Shown here piece by piece: positions 22,984 to 34,389 of a DNA stretch of 64,000 nt; position 1 is the stretch's first letter, and each line of letters starts with the position of its first letter. A program made the translations under genes and the position numbers. The DNA comes from Eledone cirrhosa (lineage: Eukaryota), in NCBI GenBank assembly GCA_964016885.1, contig OZ024741.1:240560001-240624000 (forward strand), in the 5' to 3' direction. Below the pieces are notes generated by a model. It had not been told where the DNA came from, searched no databases, and saw only the letters and a list, made by a program, of their open reading frames with translations.

Positions 22984-25656
22984 TCATCATCATCATCATC
23001 ATCATCAGGTTTAGCGTCCGTGTTCCACGCTTGCATGGGTTTGGACGGGGGTTTTCCCACTTGAGGCAAGAGTGGTTGTCTTGCTCGCATAGGACTGTCT
23101 GGCGGGTTTTCTACAGTTGGATGCCCTTCCTAACACCAACCACATTTACAGTGTGGGGCTGGGAGGTTTTTACCGTGTTGCCTACACGGCCACATTACAG
23201 CGTGGACTGTCTGGCGGGTTTTCTACAGCTGGATGCCCTTCCTAACACCAACCACATTTACAGTGTGGGGCTGGGAGGTTTTTACCGTGTTGCCTACACG
23301 GCCACATTTACAGCGTGGACTGTGTGTTTTTTGTCGTGACACCTACACGATCTCATTTGTTTCGGCCTGGATGTTGTGGGACCAACATAACTTTACATTG
23401 AAAGGGGCGGTGTGGGTGGGGTGGAGGTGGTGTGTTTTGATAGAGATGCCTACTGACTGTAGTAGGTTTTTACTTTGTATTTAGGTAAGGCGGGTCTTCT
23501 CTATTACTGAGTACCGCCAAAGGTCTCGGTCCAGTGACATTGTCTTGGAGAGGTGTAAGCGTGTGAGGTCGGAATTTATCAGCTCGTCCCATGTTTTTCT
23601 GGGTCTGCCTACTCCGTGGCTACCGTCTATCTTTATTGCCCTGCACTTTGTTATACAGCTGTCGTCTTTCATGCGCATCACGTGACCGTACCAACGTAGC
23701 CTTCTCTCGAGTAAACAACATCTGATCCCTCTTATTTCTAATTTTTTCCTTAGTTCGTTTATGCTTTGCCGTTCACGTATATTACTATTGCACATCCAGC
23801 GGAGCATGCAAGCTTCGTTCCTCTCTAGTCTGCGTATATCCTCTGCACACAATGCCCAGGTCTCACTGCCATGCAGCATTGCTGTTCGTATGCAGGCATC
23901 GTATAACCTGCCTTTCATTTTTAGGGAGAACCCTCTAGCGGCTAATAGTGGTATAAGCTCTCTGAACTTTTTCCATCCAGTTCTGACTCTAGCTACTGTA
24001 CTTTCAGAGCACCCTCCCCCACTGCTGATTTTGTCACCCAGATAACGGAAGCTGTCCACTATTTCTATAGAACCCTCTGCGCAGTTGAAGGAGCTAGTAT
24101 TTTGTGGGCACTTGCTGCTACTTATTGCACCAGAGCACCGGCCACATGTAAAATCTATGTTCTTAGTTAGCTTACCTGTGATCCCACTACATCTTTTATG
24201 CACCCATACTTTGCATTTGGGACATAAAATGGAGTTTCTACCTATACCTTTCCTACACACTGAGCATGGCCATTTCCCAGATGGGACGGCCGCCTTATTT
24301 TCTTTCCTACAAACTAGAACTTTAGTCTTAGCCAGGTTAATTTTAAGGCCTTTTGATTCTAGGCCGTGCTTCCATGTTTGGAATTTCTTCTCTAGTTCGG
24401 TCATTGATTCAGCTATGAGCGTTAGATCATCTGCGTATAGGAGTTCCCATGGGCAGCCGGTCTTGAACTCCTCTGTTATAGCCTGAAGGGCAATAATAAA
24501 TAGTAGGGGGCTAAGAACAGAGCCCTGATGGACACCAACTTTTACGCTAAACTCTTCACTATATTCGTTGTTAATTCTAACCTTACTGACTGTTTCTTTA
24601 TACATGGCTTGTATAGCTCTCACAAGCCATTCGTCAACACCTAGTTTTCTAAGAGACCACCAGATAATGGAACGGGGGACTCTGTCGAAGGCTTTCTCCA
24701 AGTCGACGAAAGCTAAGTATAGGGGTTTACTTTTAGCTAGGTACTTCTCCTGTAGTTGTCGTACAATGAAAAGAGCGTCTGTGGTACTTTTGCCTGACAC
24801 AAACCCGAACTGCATTTCATCTAGATCAATTCTTTCTCTGATTAGTTGCGCTATTACTTTTTCCGTGACCTTCATGACCTGGTCGATTAATTTAATGCCT
24901 CTATAGTTACCTCTATCTAGGGCATCTCCTTTTCCCTTATAGCAGTTAACGATGATGCTGCTACGCCATTCCTTCGGAACAACCCCATTCTGTACGACTT
25001 GGTTAACTATCCGGGTAACCATGGTGTGTCCCACCGAACCAGATGCCTTCAGCATCTCAGCAACTATTTCCGAAGGCCCAGCCGCCTTACCCGTCTTCAT
25101 ATCTTTGATTGCCTTACTTATTATACTACCTTCAACTAACACTGCTGGTCCCTCTATTGGATCGATCTGGGGGAGACTGTCTTTCTCCCATTTGTTCTCC
25201 TCATTTAGAAGCCTTTCGTAGTGACACTTCCAAGCTACCTTCTTATCAGCGTCGGTGATGGCAAGTATGCCATCATCGTTAAGTACACACTTCTCCCCGA
25301 CAATATCACGGTTTTCCTTGACACATTGCCTGGCAATCCTGAACACCTCACGTTTTTGGTCCTCACGTTGTAGAACATGCTTGAACTTTCTTTCCTCTGC
25401 TTCCCTTCTTGCGAAGTACACTTGTCTCCTAGCTTCCCTCCTGGCCACTTGATAGTCTTCTCTACTTCCCCCATCCCGCCATACTTTCCAAGCCTGCTTT
25501 TTGGCCTTAATTGACTCCTCCACCTTACTGTTCCACCACCATGTTACTCTCCTCCTACCTACAGGCCTGCTCCAGCCACAGACTTCGTCTGCCGCCGTCA
25601 GCAGGTTTGCTCTCAGGAATTCCCACTGTTCCTCTATATTATACGACTCTAATTGC
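22984..25656 (-). mobile_element. RTE LINE family A, 5'-truncated, young copy
   Basis: Uninterrupted RT ORF. The 3' UTR has an internal ~110-bp tandem duplication. (GAT)n tail and (TA)n flanks. Confidence 0.95.
23481..25655 (-). CDS. RTE reverse transcriptase with an internal C4HC3 PHD-type zinc finger (5'-truncated ORF)
   Basis: Motifs NYRGIKL, FVDLEKAFDRVP, GVHQGSVLSPLLF, YADD, CSVC..CPKC..H..C..CGRC, FRYLG, RRLRWYGHV and GRPRKTW. The frame stays open upstream of the listed start (25523) to 25655. Confidence 0.9.
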   Translation of the reverse strand, partial: QLESYNIEEQWEFLRANLLTAADEVCGWSRPVGRRRVTWWWNSKVEESIKAKKQAWKVWRDGGSREDYQVARREARRQVYFARREAEERKFKHVLQREDQKREVFRIARQCVKENRDIVGEKCVLNDDGILAITDADKKVAWKCHYERLLNEENKWEKDSLPQIDPIEGPAVLVEGSIISKAIKDMKTGKAAGPSEIVAEMLKASGSVGHTMVTRIVNQVVQNGVVPKEWRSSIIVNCYKGKGDALDRGNYRGIKLIDQVMKVTEKVIAQLIRERIDLDEMQFGFVSGKSTTDALFIVRQLQEKYLAKSKPLYLAFVDLEKAFDRVPRSIIWWSLRKLGVDEWLVRAIQAMYKETVSKVRINNEYSEEFSVKVGVHQGSVLSPLLFIIALQAITEEFKTGCPWELLYADDLTLIAESMTELEKKFQTWKHGLESKGLKINLAKTKVLVCRKENKAAVPSGKWPCSVCRKGIGRNSILCPKCKVWVHKRCSGITGKLTKNIDFTCGRCSGAISSSKCPQNTSSFNCAEGSIEIVDSFRYLGDKISSGGGCSESTVARVRTGWKKFRELIPLLAARGFSLKMKGRLYDACIRTAMLHGSETWALCAEDIRRLERNEACMLRWMCNSNIRERQSINELRKKLEIRGIRCCLLERRLRWYGHVMRMKDDSCITKCRAIKIDGSHGVGRPRKTWDELINSDLTRLHLSKTMSLDRDLWRYSVIEKTRLT

Positions 25657-26249
25657 TATATATATATATATCTATGTCTATGTATATATGTTTATGTATG
25701 TATCATCATTTTATGTCCATTTTTCCATGCTAGCATGGGTTAGACGAGTTGTCTTGTTGTGGGCAATGCTACGTCAGGTGACCATGTCTTGCTCATACTA
25801 TGTATATGTATATATATGTGTGTATATGTATATATATATGTATATATGTATAAATATATACATGAGTGCGTGCATATGTTGAAGAGGTAGACATTCCAAC
25901 TTTTTGAAATGGCTGGATTCACTGTTGAAATTTTACCACTTCAGTACACCCACTCTGCATATCATCATGCATTGAGTACTACACTGTTTATGTAGTTTTC
26001 CAGTTTTCCCAGCCTGTCTGAGAGGTCATTAGCTCTACTTAATAACTACTTTGGTCTGTGAAGGCCTGTACAACCCATTGCTAGCAGGGAAAGTCAATGT
26101 TAGATAATAAATGATGGGGATGATATATATATATATTCAACTACTAATATCTTATCCATATGTTTTGAACAGAGACTTAGAAAACATCCTCCAATGAAAT
26201 GCCAACCTTATCTCTTTCAACAACAAAAACAAACAAACAAAACATTGAC

Positions 26250-26720
26250 ACTGACCATCTCAAGAAAACACCATGGTACTTCACTCTCCTTAAGCAGGCA
26301 ACTAAATCCATCACAATTGATCTAAATTACAATTAGTGAGGATCTACCATAGAGAACATACATCCTCAACATAGCTAGGACTGTATTCCAATAAGTAACC
26401 CTTCCCTTCAGGTTCAGAAAATCCTTCAGGACTCAACTAATGAACTGTTACAAAGCTATTCTTAGATCTACTATAGAGTGTTGTTCAGTTAATTGGTTTA
26501 AACCTCACTCACTGATAAGCTTCAGTCTCTGGCTTACAGACATGAAGTCTCTTTGCTCTGCTTCTACCATTAATGTCTGCTCCTCAGGGTTCCCTAGTCT
26601 CATGTCACCTCCATTCAGGCACTCCTGATTCATTTGTCTCTCTCTCTCTTCCTCCTGTTACCCATATTGTATCCAGCCCCCCAGACCCTACACTAACCAC
26701 AACACCAATCCCAGCCCTCA
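26250..26720 (+). pseudogene. Heavily decayed CR1/L2-group LINE RT C-terminal fragment
   Basis: YKAILRSTIECCSVNW and LQSLAYRHEVS resemble the LYKA..RS.MEYCS..W and L..L..RR motifs of this group. Confidence 0.5.
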
Positions 26721-26869
26721 TTAGCCAGAGATCCCCTTCTTATGTGTTTTCAAAAGGAATGATCCTGCAATATGTTAAAGAGAACATTATTGACATCAAT
26801 TTTGTCCCTTTTAAGGGTCTGTGAAAGCCATGGGTACAGGCCCTTCCCCGAGGCCAACCAAGTAAAAAT

Positions 26870-27018
26870 ATATCTATATATGCATGTATGTGTATGTGTG
26901 TGTATATATATATGTATATGACTGTATGTATGTGTATGTGTGTGTGTATATATATATGACTGTATGTATGTGTATGTGTGTATATATATATAAATATATA
27001 TATATGACTGTATGTATG

Positions 27019-27060
<42 letters not shown>

Positions 27061-27109
27061 CATGTTTGTATGTATGTGTTTGTGTGCATGTATATACATA
27101 CAGACATGG

Positions 27110-27195
<86 letters not shown>

Positions 27196-27392
27196 GTACA
27201 CACACACACACACACACATACGTACACACACATACGTACCTACATACATACATACATACATGTGTGTCTGTGTATGTAAAGGCCATAGAAAAATAACAAA
27301 AGAACCTGTGTAAGAATTGGAGGAAAATGCTAAAATCAATTTCTTTTCCTACTGTAAACATAGATAGACATTTCTCTTTCCTCACAACAGAA

Positions 27393-27426
<34 letters not shown>

Positions 27427-27592
27427 GTATATATGTTTATATGTGTGTATGTATATAAATATATATATATGTATATGTATGTGTGTATATGTGTGAAGGT
27501 ATATGTATAAATGTGTGTATGTATATGTGTGTAAGTGTGTACATATGTAAGAATATGTATATGTGAGTGTAAGAAACTAAACTAAGTGAATG

Positions 27593-27661
<69 letters not shown>

Positions 27662-27720
27662 AAAATGAGAGAGGGAGAGAGAGAGAGAGCGAGAGAGAGA
27701 GAGAGAAACTGCGAAACAAA
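26870..27720. repeat. Compound microsatellite region (TA, TG/CA, GA)
   Basis: Directly visible. Many similar tracts occur elsewhere, e.g. 33560-33900, 38990-39730 and 46100-46320. Confidence 0.95.
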
Positions 27721-27995
27721 CAAAGTCAATTATATTTATACATCTGCTTGAAAATGGATGTAAAAATAATTACAGGTTTGTTCTGATAATGCTGTTTTAT
27801 AATTTCTATGGTAGTGAATACTATTTTTAACAACAGTGACAAATTAAGTTGAAATTGAAAGAGAATCACTGGAACATTTCTATGACAAGCAAATATTGGC
27901 CGATATATATTGAAATTCTCTTTTAATCTTGCTGTTCTAACACTGTTAAATGGATACACACCACACTCACACGTACATACACATCTATATACACA

Positions 27996-28029
<34 letters not shown>

Positions 28030-28093
28030 CATACATACATGTATAGATAAAAGAATATAGGTATGTCTATGCATATACCCATGTATGTATGTT

Positions 28094-28164
<71 letters not shown>

Positions 28165-28210
28165 GAAGAAGAAGTTTGTGAAACGGAAATGCGGGTATAA
28201 AGAATTTATT

Positions 28211-28327
28211 AGGTAACAATTGTTTCTATAGTGTATGGGTTACCTATACCTTGCTATTTGTATAATATAAAAATATTATCATAAATCGTAGGTACACTGT
28301 AAGAAAACACACCATGTCGTCAGACTT
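28211..28327 (-). ncRNA. Mirror copy of the hammerhead in the left arm
   Basis: Reverse complement of 28421-28537 with one substitution in stem I (AAGT). Confidence 0.65.
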
Positions 28328-28420
28328 TTGTGGTAGAATGATATGAAAATATTTTATACACTAGATAGATATAAGATATATATCTAGTGTATAAAATATT
28401 TTCATATCATTCTACCACAA

Positions 28421-28537
28421 AGGTCTGACGACATGGTGTGTTTTCTTACAGTGTACCTACGATTTATGATAATATTTTTATATTATACAAATAGCAAGGT
28501 ATAGGTAACCCATACACTATAGAAACAATTGTTACCT
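28421..28537 (+). ncRNA. Type I hammerhead ribozyme with elongated stem II
   Basis: Stem I AGGT/ACCT. CTGACGA 28425-31. Stem II ATGGTGTG/TACACTAT with G-U pairs and a C-A first pair. GAAAC 28522-26, palindromic AATT loop, GUU triplet. Confidence 0.75.
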
Positions 28538-28685
28538 AATAAATTCTTTATACCCGCATTTCCGTTTCACAAACTTCTTCTTCATATTTTCTCCGGATTT
28601 TAAAACACACTTTATTATACGTTGAGCAATCTCCGACGTCGGTTGACTCCATCCAATGCGACTACTTAGTAACATTGGAATACGG

Positions 28686-28722
<37 letters not shown>

Positions 28723-29089
28723 TATGAACACACACACACAAAATTGCATGCATACACACATATCTGCATGCAGACACATATTTATACATATATTCATCCA
28801 TCCATACACACACATATATGTATACACATATATATAAGTAGAGAGAGATAAATACAGGTATGTCTGTATATACATATGTATGTATATATGTTTATATATA
28901 TATATATGAACACACGCACACACACACACGCACACACACACATACTCTATGTAATATACAGGCAATATAAAGTGTTGAAAGAAATTGAAAGATTCTTTAG
29001 TTATGAATTTGAGATGACAAATAACTTACTCCATTTATGTGTGTGCATATATGTTTGTTTTTAATAAGTATACATATATATATATATAG

Positions 29090-29285
29090 TTATGTAATAA
29101 ACAACATAAGATAATTAATTCATTTACCAGTTGTTTCTTGAAGACAGATATTTATAGCTGTCTTCAAGAAACCACTGGTAAATGAATTAATTATCTTATG
29201 TTGTTTATTACATAATTAAAAAGCTCTGTAGTCTACATAGAGCACTCTCTTTTCCTTTACCTTTCCTATGGAAATACTTCATTCA
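29090..29285 (+). mobile_element. PLE-type fold-back mini-element (inverted repeat 29090-29215 plus tail)
   Basis: ~58-bp arms. The right arm has GAAAC-cactg-GTA (hammerhead 3' half). The tail has TAGAGCACTC. (TA)n flanks. Confidence 0.7.
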
Positions 29286-29299
29286 TATATATATATCTT

Positions 29300-29521
29300 A
29301 GGAACGATCGACTTTTTTGTCAAATCGGACCGAGGGAACAATGTTTCCGTTGGTCTTTCCAATTGCTAATACTATCTATCGGTCGCAACTCCAGGTAGAA
29401 GGAGCAACGTGAAATAAAGTGTCTTGCTCAAGGACATAACGCATCGCCTGGTCCAGGAATCGAACTCACAACCTTACGATTGCGAATACAATTCTCTAAC
29501 CACTCAGCCACACGCCTTCAC
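29300..29521 (-). mobile_element. tRNA-derived SINE
   Basis: The minus strand has A box TGGCTGAGTGG and B box GTTCGATTCC, then gtccttgagcaagacactttatttcacgttgctcc. Related copies at 58405-58590 and 62975-63242. Confidence 0.85.
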
Positions 29522-29553
<32 letters not shown>

Positions 29554-29982
29554 TATATTTCGTCTAACCAATGCCAGTGCAGAAAAATATATGTTAAACG
29601 ATGATGATGATATATGTAAGGGCATCAAGGTGTAGAAAACCTGACTAAGAAATGATTGAGGGAAATCTTTGGTTGTTTCAAGGGTACAACATCCTTCTTA
29701 GTTTAGGTGCCACAATAAAATGCATCCAAATACACTCTTTAAAATGATGGGTGTTAGGATGGCATCCAGGCATTGGAAACATGATAAACAAAGGATTGAG
29801 AGGACTCTTGAGTTATGTCAAGGGTATAACACCCTCACTAGTGCCAGTGCCATGGTAAAGTGCACCCAGTACACTCTGTAAAGTGTAGGAATGCACATAA
29901 ACAAGATGTGGCACCTTAAGTACTCACTTTGTCTATGAAAACCTGTCCCACCTAAGCTAGCATAGAAAAAAGGACATTAAAT

Positions 29983-30170
29983 AATTGTTTCTACTTTAGG
30001 CACAAGGCCAGCAATTACCCAGTGCATTACTGGTACTTTATTTTATCGACCCCGTAAGAATGAAAGGCAAAGTCACCCTCGGCGGGATTTGAACTCAGAT
30101 TGTAAAGGGACGTAACTATGCTGGAAAGCATGGCGTCCGACCCTTTACCGATACTGCCAATCCATCGCCA
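29983..30170 (-). mobile_element. SINE with Nin/Deu-type core
   Basis: Reverse complement is near-identical to 6290-6453 and 52790-52977. Confidence 0.85.
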
Positions 30171-30194
30171 AAAGGACATTAAATAATGATTAAG

Positions 30195-31155
30195 GTACAG
30201 AGCACTCAAAGTTGATGGAAGCTATGGAGTAGGAAGACCCTGGAAGAATTTGGATGAGGTGATAATAGCTGACCTTTCACAATTGCACCTATCAAAGGCG
30301 ATGACACAGGTCCAAGATCTCAGGCATTATGCAGTCATGCAGAAGATCCATCTTCTCATGAGCACAGGCTGAAGCATACATATAGCATATACCCTGTTCA
30401 CCTACACTCTCCTCCCATATATCTCCCATGAGCACAGGCTGAAGCATGCATCTGGTATCTACCACATTCACTTTAATTCCCTCTTCCATGCACCTCCCTC
30501 GTCCTAACACTCTGCCCCTCACACATGTCCAAATCCCTACACACCCATCCAACGAAAGCCTACAGGCCACACTGTAAAGGTGTCGTGATGGTGACACGAC
30601 AAAAGGTGCCCAGCCCAAATTTTAAGGTGGTCATGTAGGTGTCACGACAAAAAGTACCCAGCTCACACAGTAAGGTGGTCATGTAGGTGTCACGACAAAA
30701 AGTACCCAGCTCACACACTAAGGTGGTCATATAGGTGTCACGACAAAAGTACCCAGCTCACACAGTAAGGTGTCATGTAGGTGTCACAACAAAAAGTACC
30801 CAGCTCACACAGTAAGGTGGTCATGTAGGTGTCACGACAAAAAGTACCCAGCTCACACAGTAAGGTGTCATGTAGGTGTCACGACAAAAGTACCCAGCTC
30901 ACACAGTAAGGTGCTCATGTAGGTGTCACGACAAAAAGTACCCAGGTCACACACTAAGGTGGTCATGTAGGTGTCACAACACAAAACACTGTAAATGTGG
31001 TTGGCGTTAGGAAGGGCATCCAGCTGTAGACACAAAGCCAAAATAGTTTTGTATGAGCAAGACATAGTCACCTGACTTAGTCTATCTCACAACAGGACAA
31101 CTCGTCTAACCCATGCTAACATGGAAGAAAATGGACGTTAAACAGCGATGATGAA
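30195..31155 (+). mobile_element. RTE family A-like 3' end with amplified 3' UTR minisatellite
   Basis: KVDGSYGVGRPWKNLDEVI remnant, a 45-48-bp tandem unit at 30624-30980, and a ...ggacgttaaacagcgatgatga tail. Confidence 0.75.
30624..30980. repeat. Minisatellite, 45-48-bp unit, ~7-8 copies
   Basis: Tandem aggtggtcatgtaggtgtcacgacaaaaagtacccagctcacacagta. Confidence 0.9.
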
Positions 31156-31194
31156 TATATATACATATATATATATATTCATTCATTCATTCAT

Positions 31195-31522
31195 TTCATT
31201 TTACGTCCCCTTTTCCCTGCTTGCAAGGGTGGGACAAGAACTGATGCTGGCTTGATTTCTACAGCTGGATGCGCTTCCTAACACCAACCTCATTTACAGT
31301 GAGTGCTGGGTGCTTTTTTGCCATGGCGCCTCCACGACCACTTTGCAGTGGAATGATAGGGACCCCAGTCCCTATCATCTCATTTCTACAGCTGACTAAA
31401 CTGGAGCAATGTGAAATAAAGTGTCTTGCTCAAGGAAACAACACATCACCCGGTCTGAGAATTGAACTCACAACCTTTCGATTGCAAGGCCAATGCTCTA
31501 ACCACTAAGCCATGTGCCTCCA
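31195..31522 (-). mobile_element. tRNA-derived SINE with RTE-derived 3' tail
   Basis: A box TGGCTTAGTGG and B-box-like GTTCAATTC. The 3' tail gtcccacccttgcaagcagggaaaag matches the LINE end at 47113-47342. Confidence 0.85.
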
Positions 31523-31537
31523 CATATAAATATATAT

Positions 31538-31752
31538 CACGATAAATTAACGGCGCCATAGGCTCTCGTTATTCCCTGTCAATAATGTGCTCAAAGGAAA
31601 AGGAATCCTGAGCTCTTTAAAATACAATATGTTGAAAGGGTAACACACTAGAGAGAGAGAGAGATCATGTGCCATCAATTTCCCTGTTTTATTGATGGCA
31701 CACAATCTCCCTCTCTCTCTAGTGTGTTACCCTTTCAACATATTGTATTTTA
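31538..31752 (-). mobile_element. Fold-back mini-element (inverted repeat 31618-31752, tail to the left)
   Basis: ~62-bp arms and an 11-nt loop. The minus-strand tail has TTGAGCAC. No hammerhead core seen. Confidence 0.6.
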
Positions 31753-31776
31753 TATAAATATATGTATACATATAGA

Positions 31777-32020
31777 TGATTTTTGCTCTAATCGGATTAG
31801 AGCAAAAATCACGGGCGCTCTATCTCAAAATTATTTTTGAAAAGCATAAGAAATGCGCAACCGGTAAAAACTTAAAACTAAAACTGAATACTAACTAATA
31901 CTTATTACTAATTTATACTTATTCCTAATTAAACTATTTTTCACTGGGAAAATTTTGTCAGCATTTTCTTTTCCTTTTTACTAATATATCACAACTCATG
32001 TGCCACACCTCTATTTTTTT
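31777..32020 (+). repeat. 35-bp perfect hairpin (31777-31811) followed by ~200 bp of AT-rich tail
   Basis: tgatttttgctctaatc-g-gattagagcaaaaatca between TA-rich tracts. Confidence 0.5.
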
Positions 32021-32034
32021 AAATATATATATAT

Positions 32035-32295
32035 GTGTTGTTTCCTTGAGCAAGACACTTTATTTCACATTGCTCCAGTTTACTCAGCTGTAGAAATGAG
32101 ATGATAGAGACTGGGGTCCATATCATTCCACTGCAAAGTGGTTGTGGAGGTGCCACGTCAAAAAAGCACCCAGCACTCACTGTAAATGAGGTTGGTGTTA
32201 GGAAGGGCATCCAGCTGTAGAAATCAAGTCAGAATCAGTTCCCGTCCCACCCTTGCAAGCAGGGAAAAGTGGACGTAAAATGATGATGATGATGA
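32035..32295 (+). mobile_element. 5'-truncated copy of the SINE at 31195-31522 in opposite orientation
   Basis: Near-identical central region and RTE-type tail ending in (GAT)n. Confidence 0.85.
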
Positions 32296-32327
32296 TATAT
32301 ATATATAGGTATATATATATATATTTT

Positions 32328-32705
32328 CTAAGGCGGGTAAAATTCCCGAGATCCATGGACGAGTTCTCTCCAGGGGTCTCTGTCCCTCATTATCGCTGCC
32401 ATGTCCTGCGTCTCCAACAGACCAGTGTCTGTCCTTAGGGTATCAACATACGTTAACCTTGGTCTTCCTCTTCTAGTGTGTCCATGTAGGGGCTCCCACA
32501 GGAGCACTGAGTGCAATGTCAACTCTGGATGTTGGTGAGCATGTCCAGCTAACCTCAGTCTCCTCTGTGTCACTTTTGAGCTGACTTTTGGGATGCTCCC
32601 ATACAGCTCTGAGTTTTTCATCGTCAGTGTATACTGATTAATGTTCAGAGCTATCCTCAGCATTCTTGTGTAGCACCCATCCACCATCTGAGTGAGTTTC
32701 TTGGT
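32328..32705 (-). mobile_element. RTE family B, short 3' fragment
   Basis: Translation LTQMVDGCYTRML...SREFYPP is nearly identical to the C-terminus of the 7405-8655 ORF. Confidence 0.9.
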
Positions 32706-32718
32706 TGGTGTTAGGAAG

Positions 32719-32774
<56 letters not shown>

Positions 32775-32789
32775 TAGATATGTATACGC

Positions 32790-32944
32790 TTAATGAATAT
32801 ATAATGGTTTTCCAAAAATGAATGGAAAAGAATCACAGTTAAATAATAGAATCAAGTACATATTTATTTCTTATAGAAATTACTTCTACAGAACTAGAAC
32901 TGTTTCATTTGTTTGAAAATAATGAAACAGTTCTAGTCCTGTAG
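32790..32944 (-). mobile_element. PLE-type fold-back mini-element (hairpin 32886-32944)
   Basis: 24-bp arms containing GAAAC-agttcta-GTC/GTT. The minus-strand extension has AATAAA. Confidence 0.5.
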
Positions 32945-34019
32945 TCCACTTTTCTGTACGATGACATATACCCCCCCCCCCCTCCTGACAAACATACAGA
33001 CAGGCAGACATGTGTGGGGAGGACCCTTCAGTTGTGTCAAGGACATAACAACTTTCCTAGTGGAGGTGATCTACATGGTGAATGTACCCAGTACATGCTG
33101 TAAAGTGGTTGGTGATAGAAAGGGCATACAGCTGTAGAAAGCTTGCCAAACAAAGGATTTGTAGGACCCTTCATTGGTGTCAAGAACATGACAACTCCTC
33201 TTGTGTTAGTGCATTTGGTAGAATGTGGAACCATATGTAAACAAATACAGACCTCCATCTTGTCTGGGAGGTCAGTACCCCCACTTCAGTACTGACTCGG
33301 CCTGTGAAGATATTTCCAACCCTTACTAACAGGGAAAGCAGATGTTAAATGATGATAATGATATATGCATCCGCTTATATGCATACATTTTCTCCATCTT
33401 TACCTCATACGCACTCACTCATATGTATGTATGTATGTGTGTGTGTGTAGCTGCTTGAGGTGTGTGTAGCTGCTTATGGATTGTTGTCTGGTAAAGTCTT
33501 AATGAAGGCAATGTGGCTTCTCTTTCTACATAATACATTTTGGTTCCTTTGAAAAATGAAGGCATTTTGCATGTGTGCGCACACATATTTTCTCACAAAC
33601 ATTCATAGGCATTCATGCACATATATATATATATACACACATGCTTATTCATATACATATACATTAATTCACAGACATACAACACTTCTATACACTCTCT
33701 TTCCAACGTATATATACACACACATGCATATATACACACGTATACATACACATGCACACACACAAGCCTACATACACACACACACATATGAACACATTCA
33801 TACACACACACACACTCATACACCCTCATAAAACATACTCACACAGCACATACAATGCACACAATGTCTACAATACATCCACAGAAAGTCATACACATAC
33901 ATTTAAATAAATGTGAGAATTTTGAACAACACCAGTCACAAGATGGTAAGGTATCTTAATACCATTGAATAAACAGGTTGAACTAATGAGTATACTTACC
34001 TGAAACTATGATTACTAAA

Positions 34020-34365
34020 TAATTGTTTCTACTTTAGGCACAAGGCCAGCAATTATTCCAGTGCATTACTGGTACTTTATTTTATCGACCCCGTAAGGAT
34101 GAAAGGCAAAGTTAACCTCGGCGGGATTTGAACTCAGATCATAAAGGGACGGTTTCTGATTTAGGCACAAGGCCAGCAATTTTGGGAGCAGGGAAAGTTG
34201 ATTCAATTGACCCCAGTGTGTTAGTGGTAGTTTATTTTATTGTCTCCATAAGGCTGAAAGGCAAAGCTAACCCCAGCAGGATTTGAAATAAGAATGTAAA
34301 GGGCCGTAACTCAATGGCATGAAGCATATTGTCTGATGCTCTACCAATACAGCTAATTCACCACT
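34020..34365 (-). mobile_element. Two adjacent Nin/Deu-core SINE copies (one young, one older)
   Basis: 34020-34150 matches 6290-6453. 34153-34365 is a diverged relative. Confidence 0.75.
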
Positions 34366-34389
34366 CTATGATTACGAAATAATGAGTAA

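Larger units (their letters stand above)
28161..28689 (+). mobile_element. PLE-type fold-back element: ~207-bp near-perfect inverted repeat (28161-28587) plus ~100-bp tail
   Basis: I found one mismatch between the arms, with a 13-nt loop. Each arm has a hammerhead followed by AATAAA. The tail has TTGAGCAA. (TA)n on both sides. Confidence 0.85.

Noticed and set aside
26740-27424. CVCV/HTHT/YIYI ORFs here and at 33556, 38990, 46038 and 56665
   Set aside because: Translations of dinucleotide microsatellites.
29440-29521. tRNA gene (A and B boxes)
   Set aside because: It is the head of a SINE, continuing into a core and tail with several decayed copies. No complete cloverleaf was seen.
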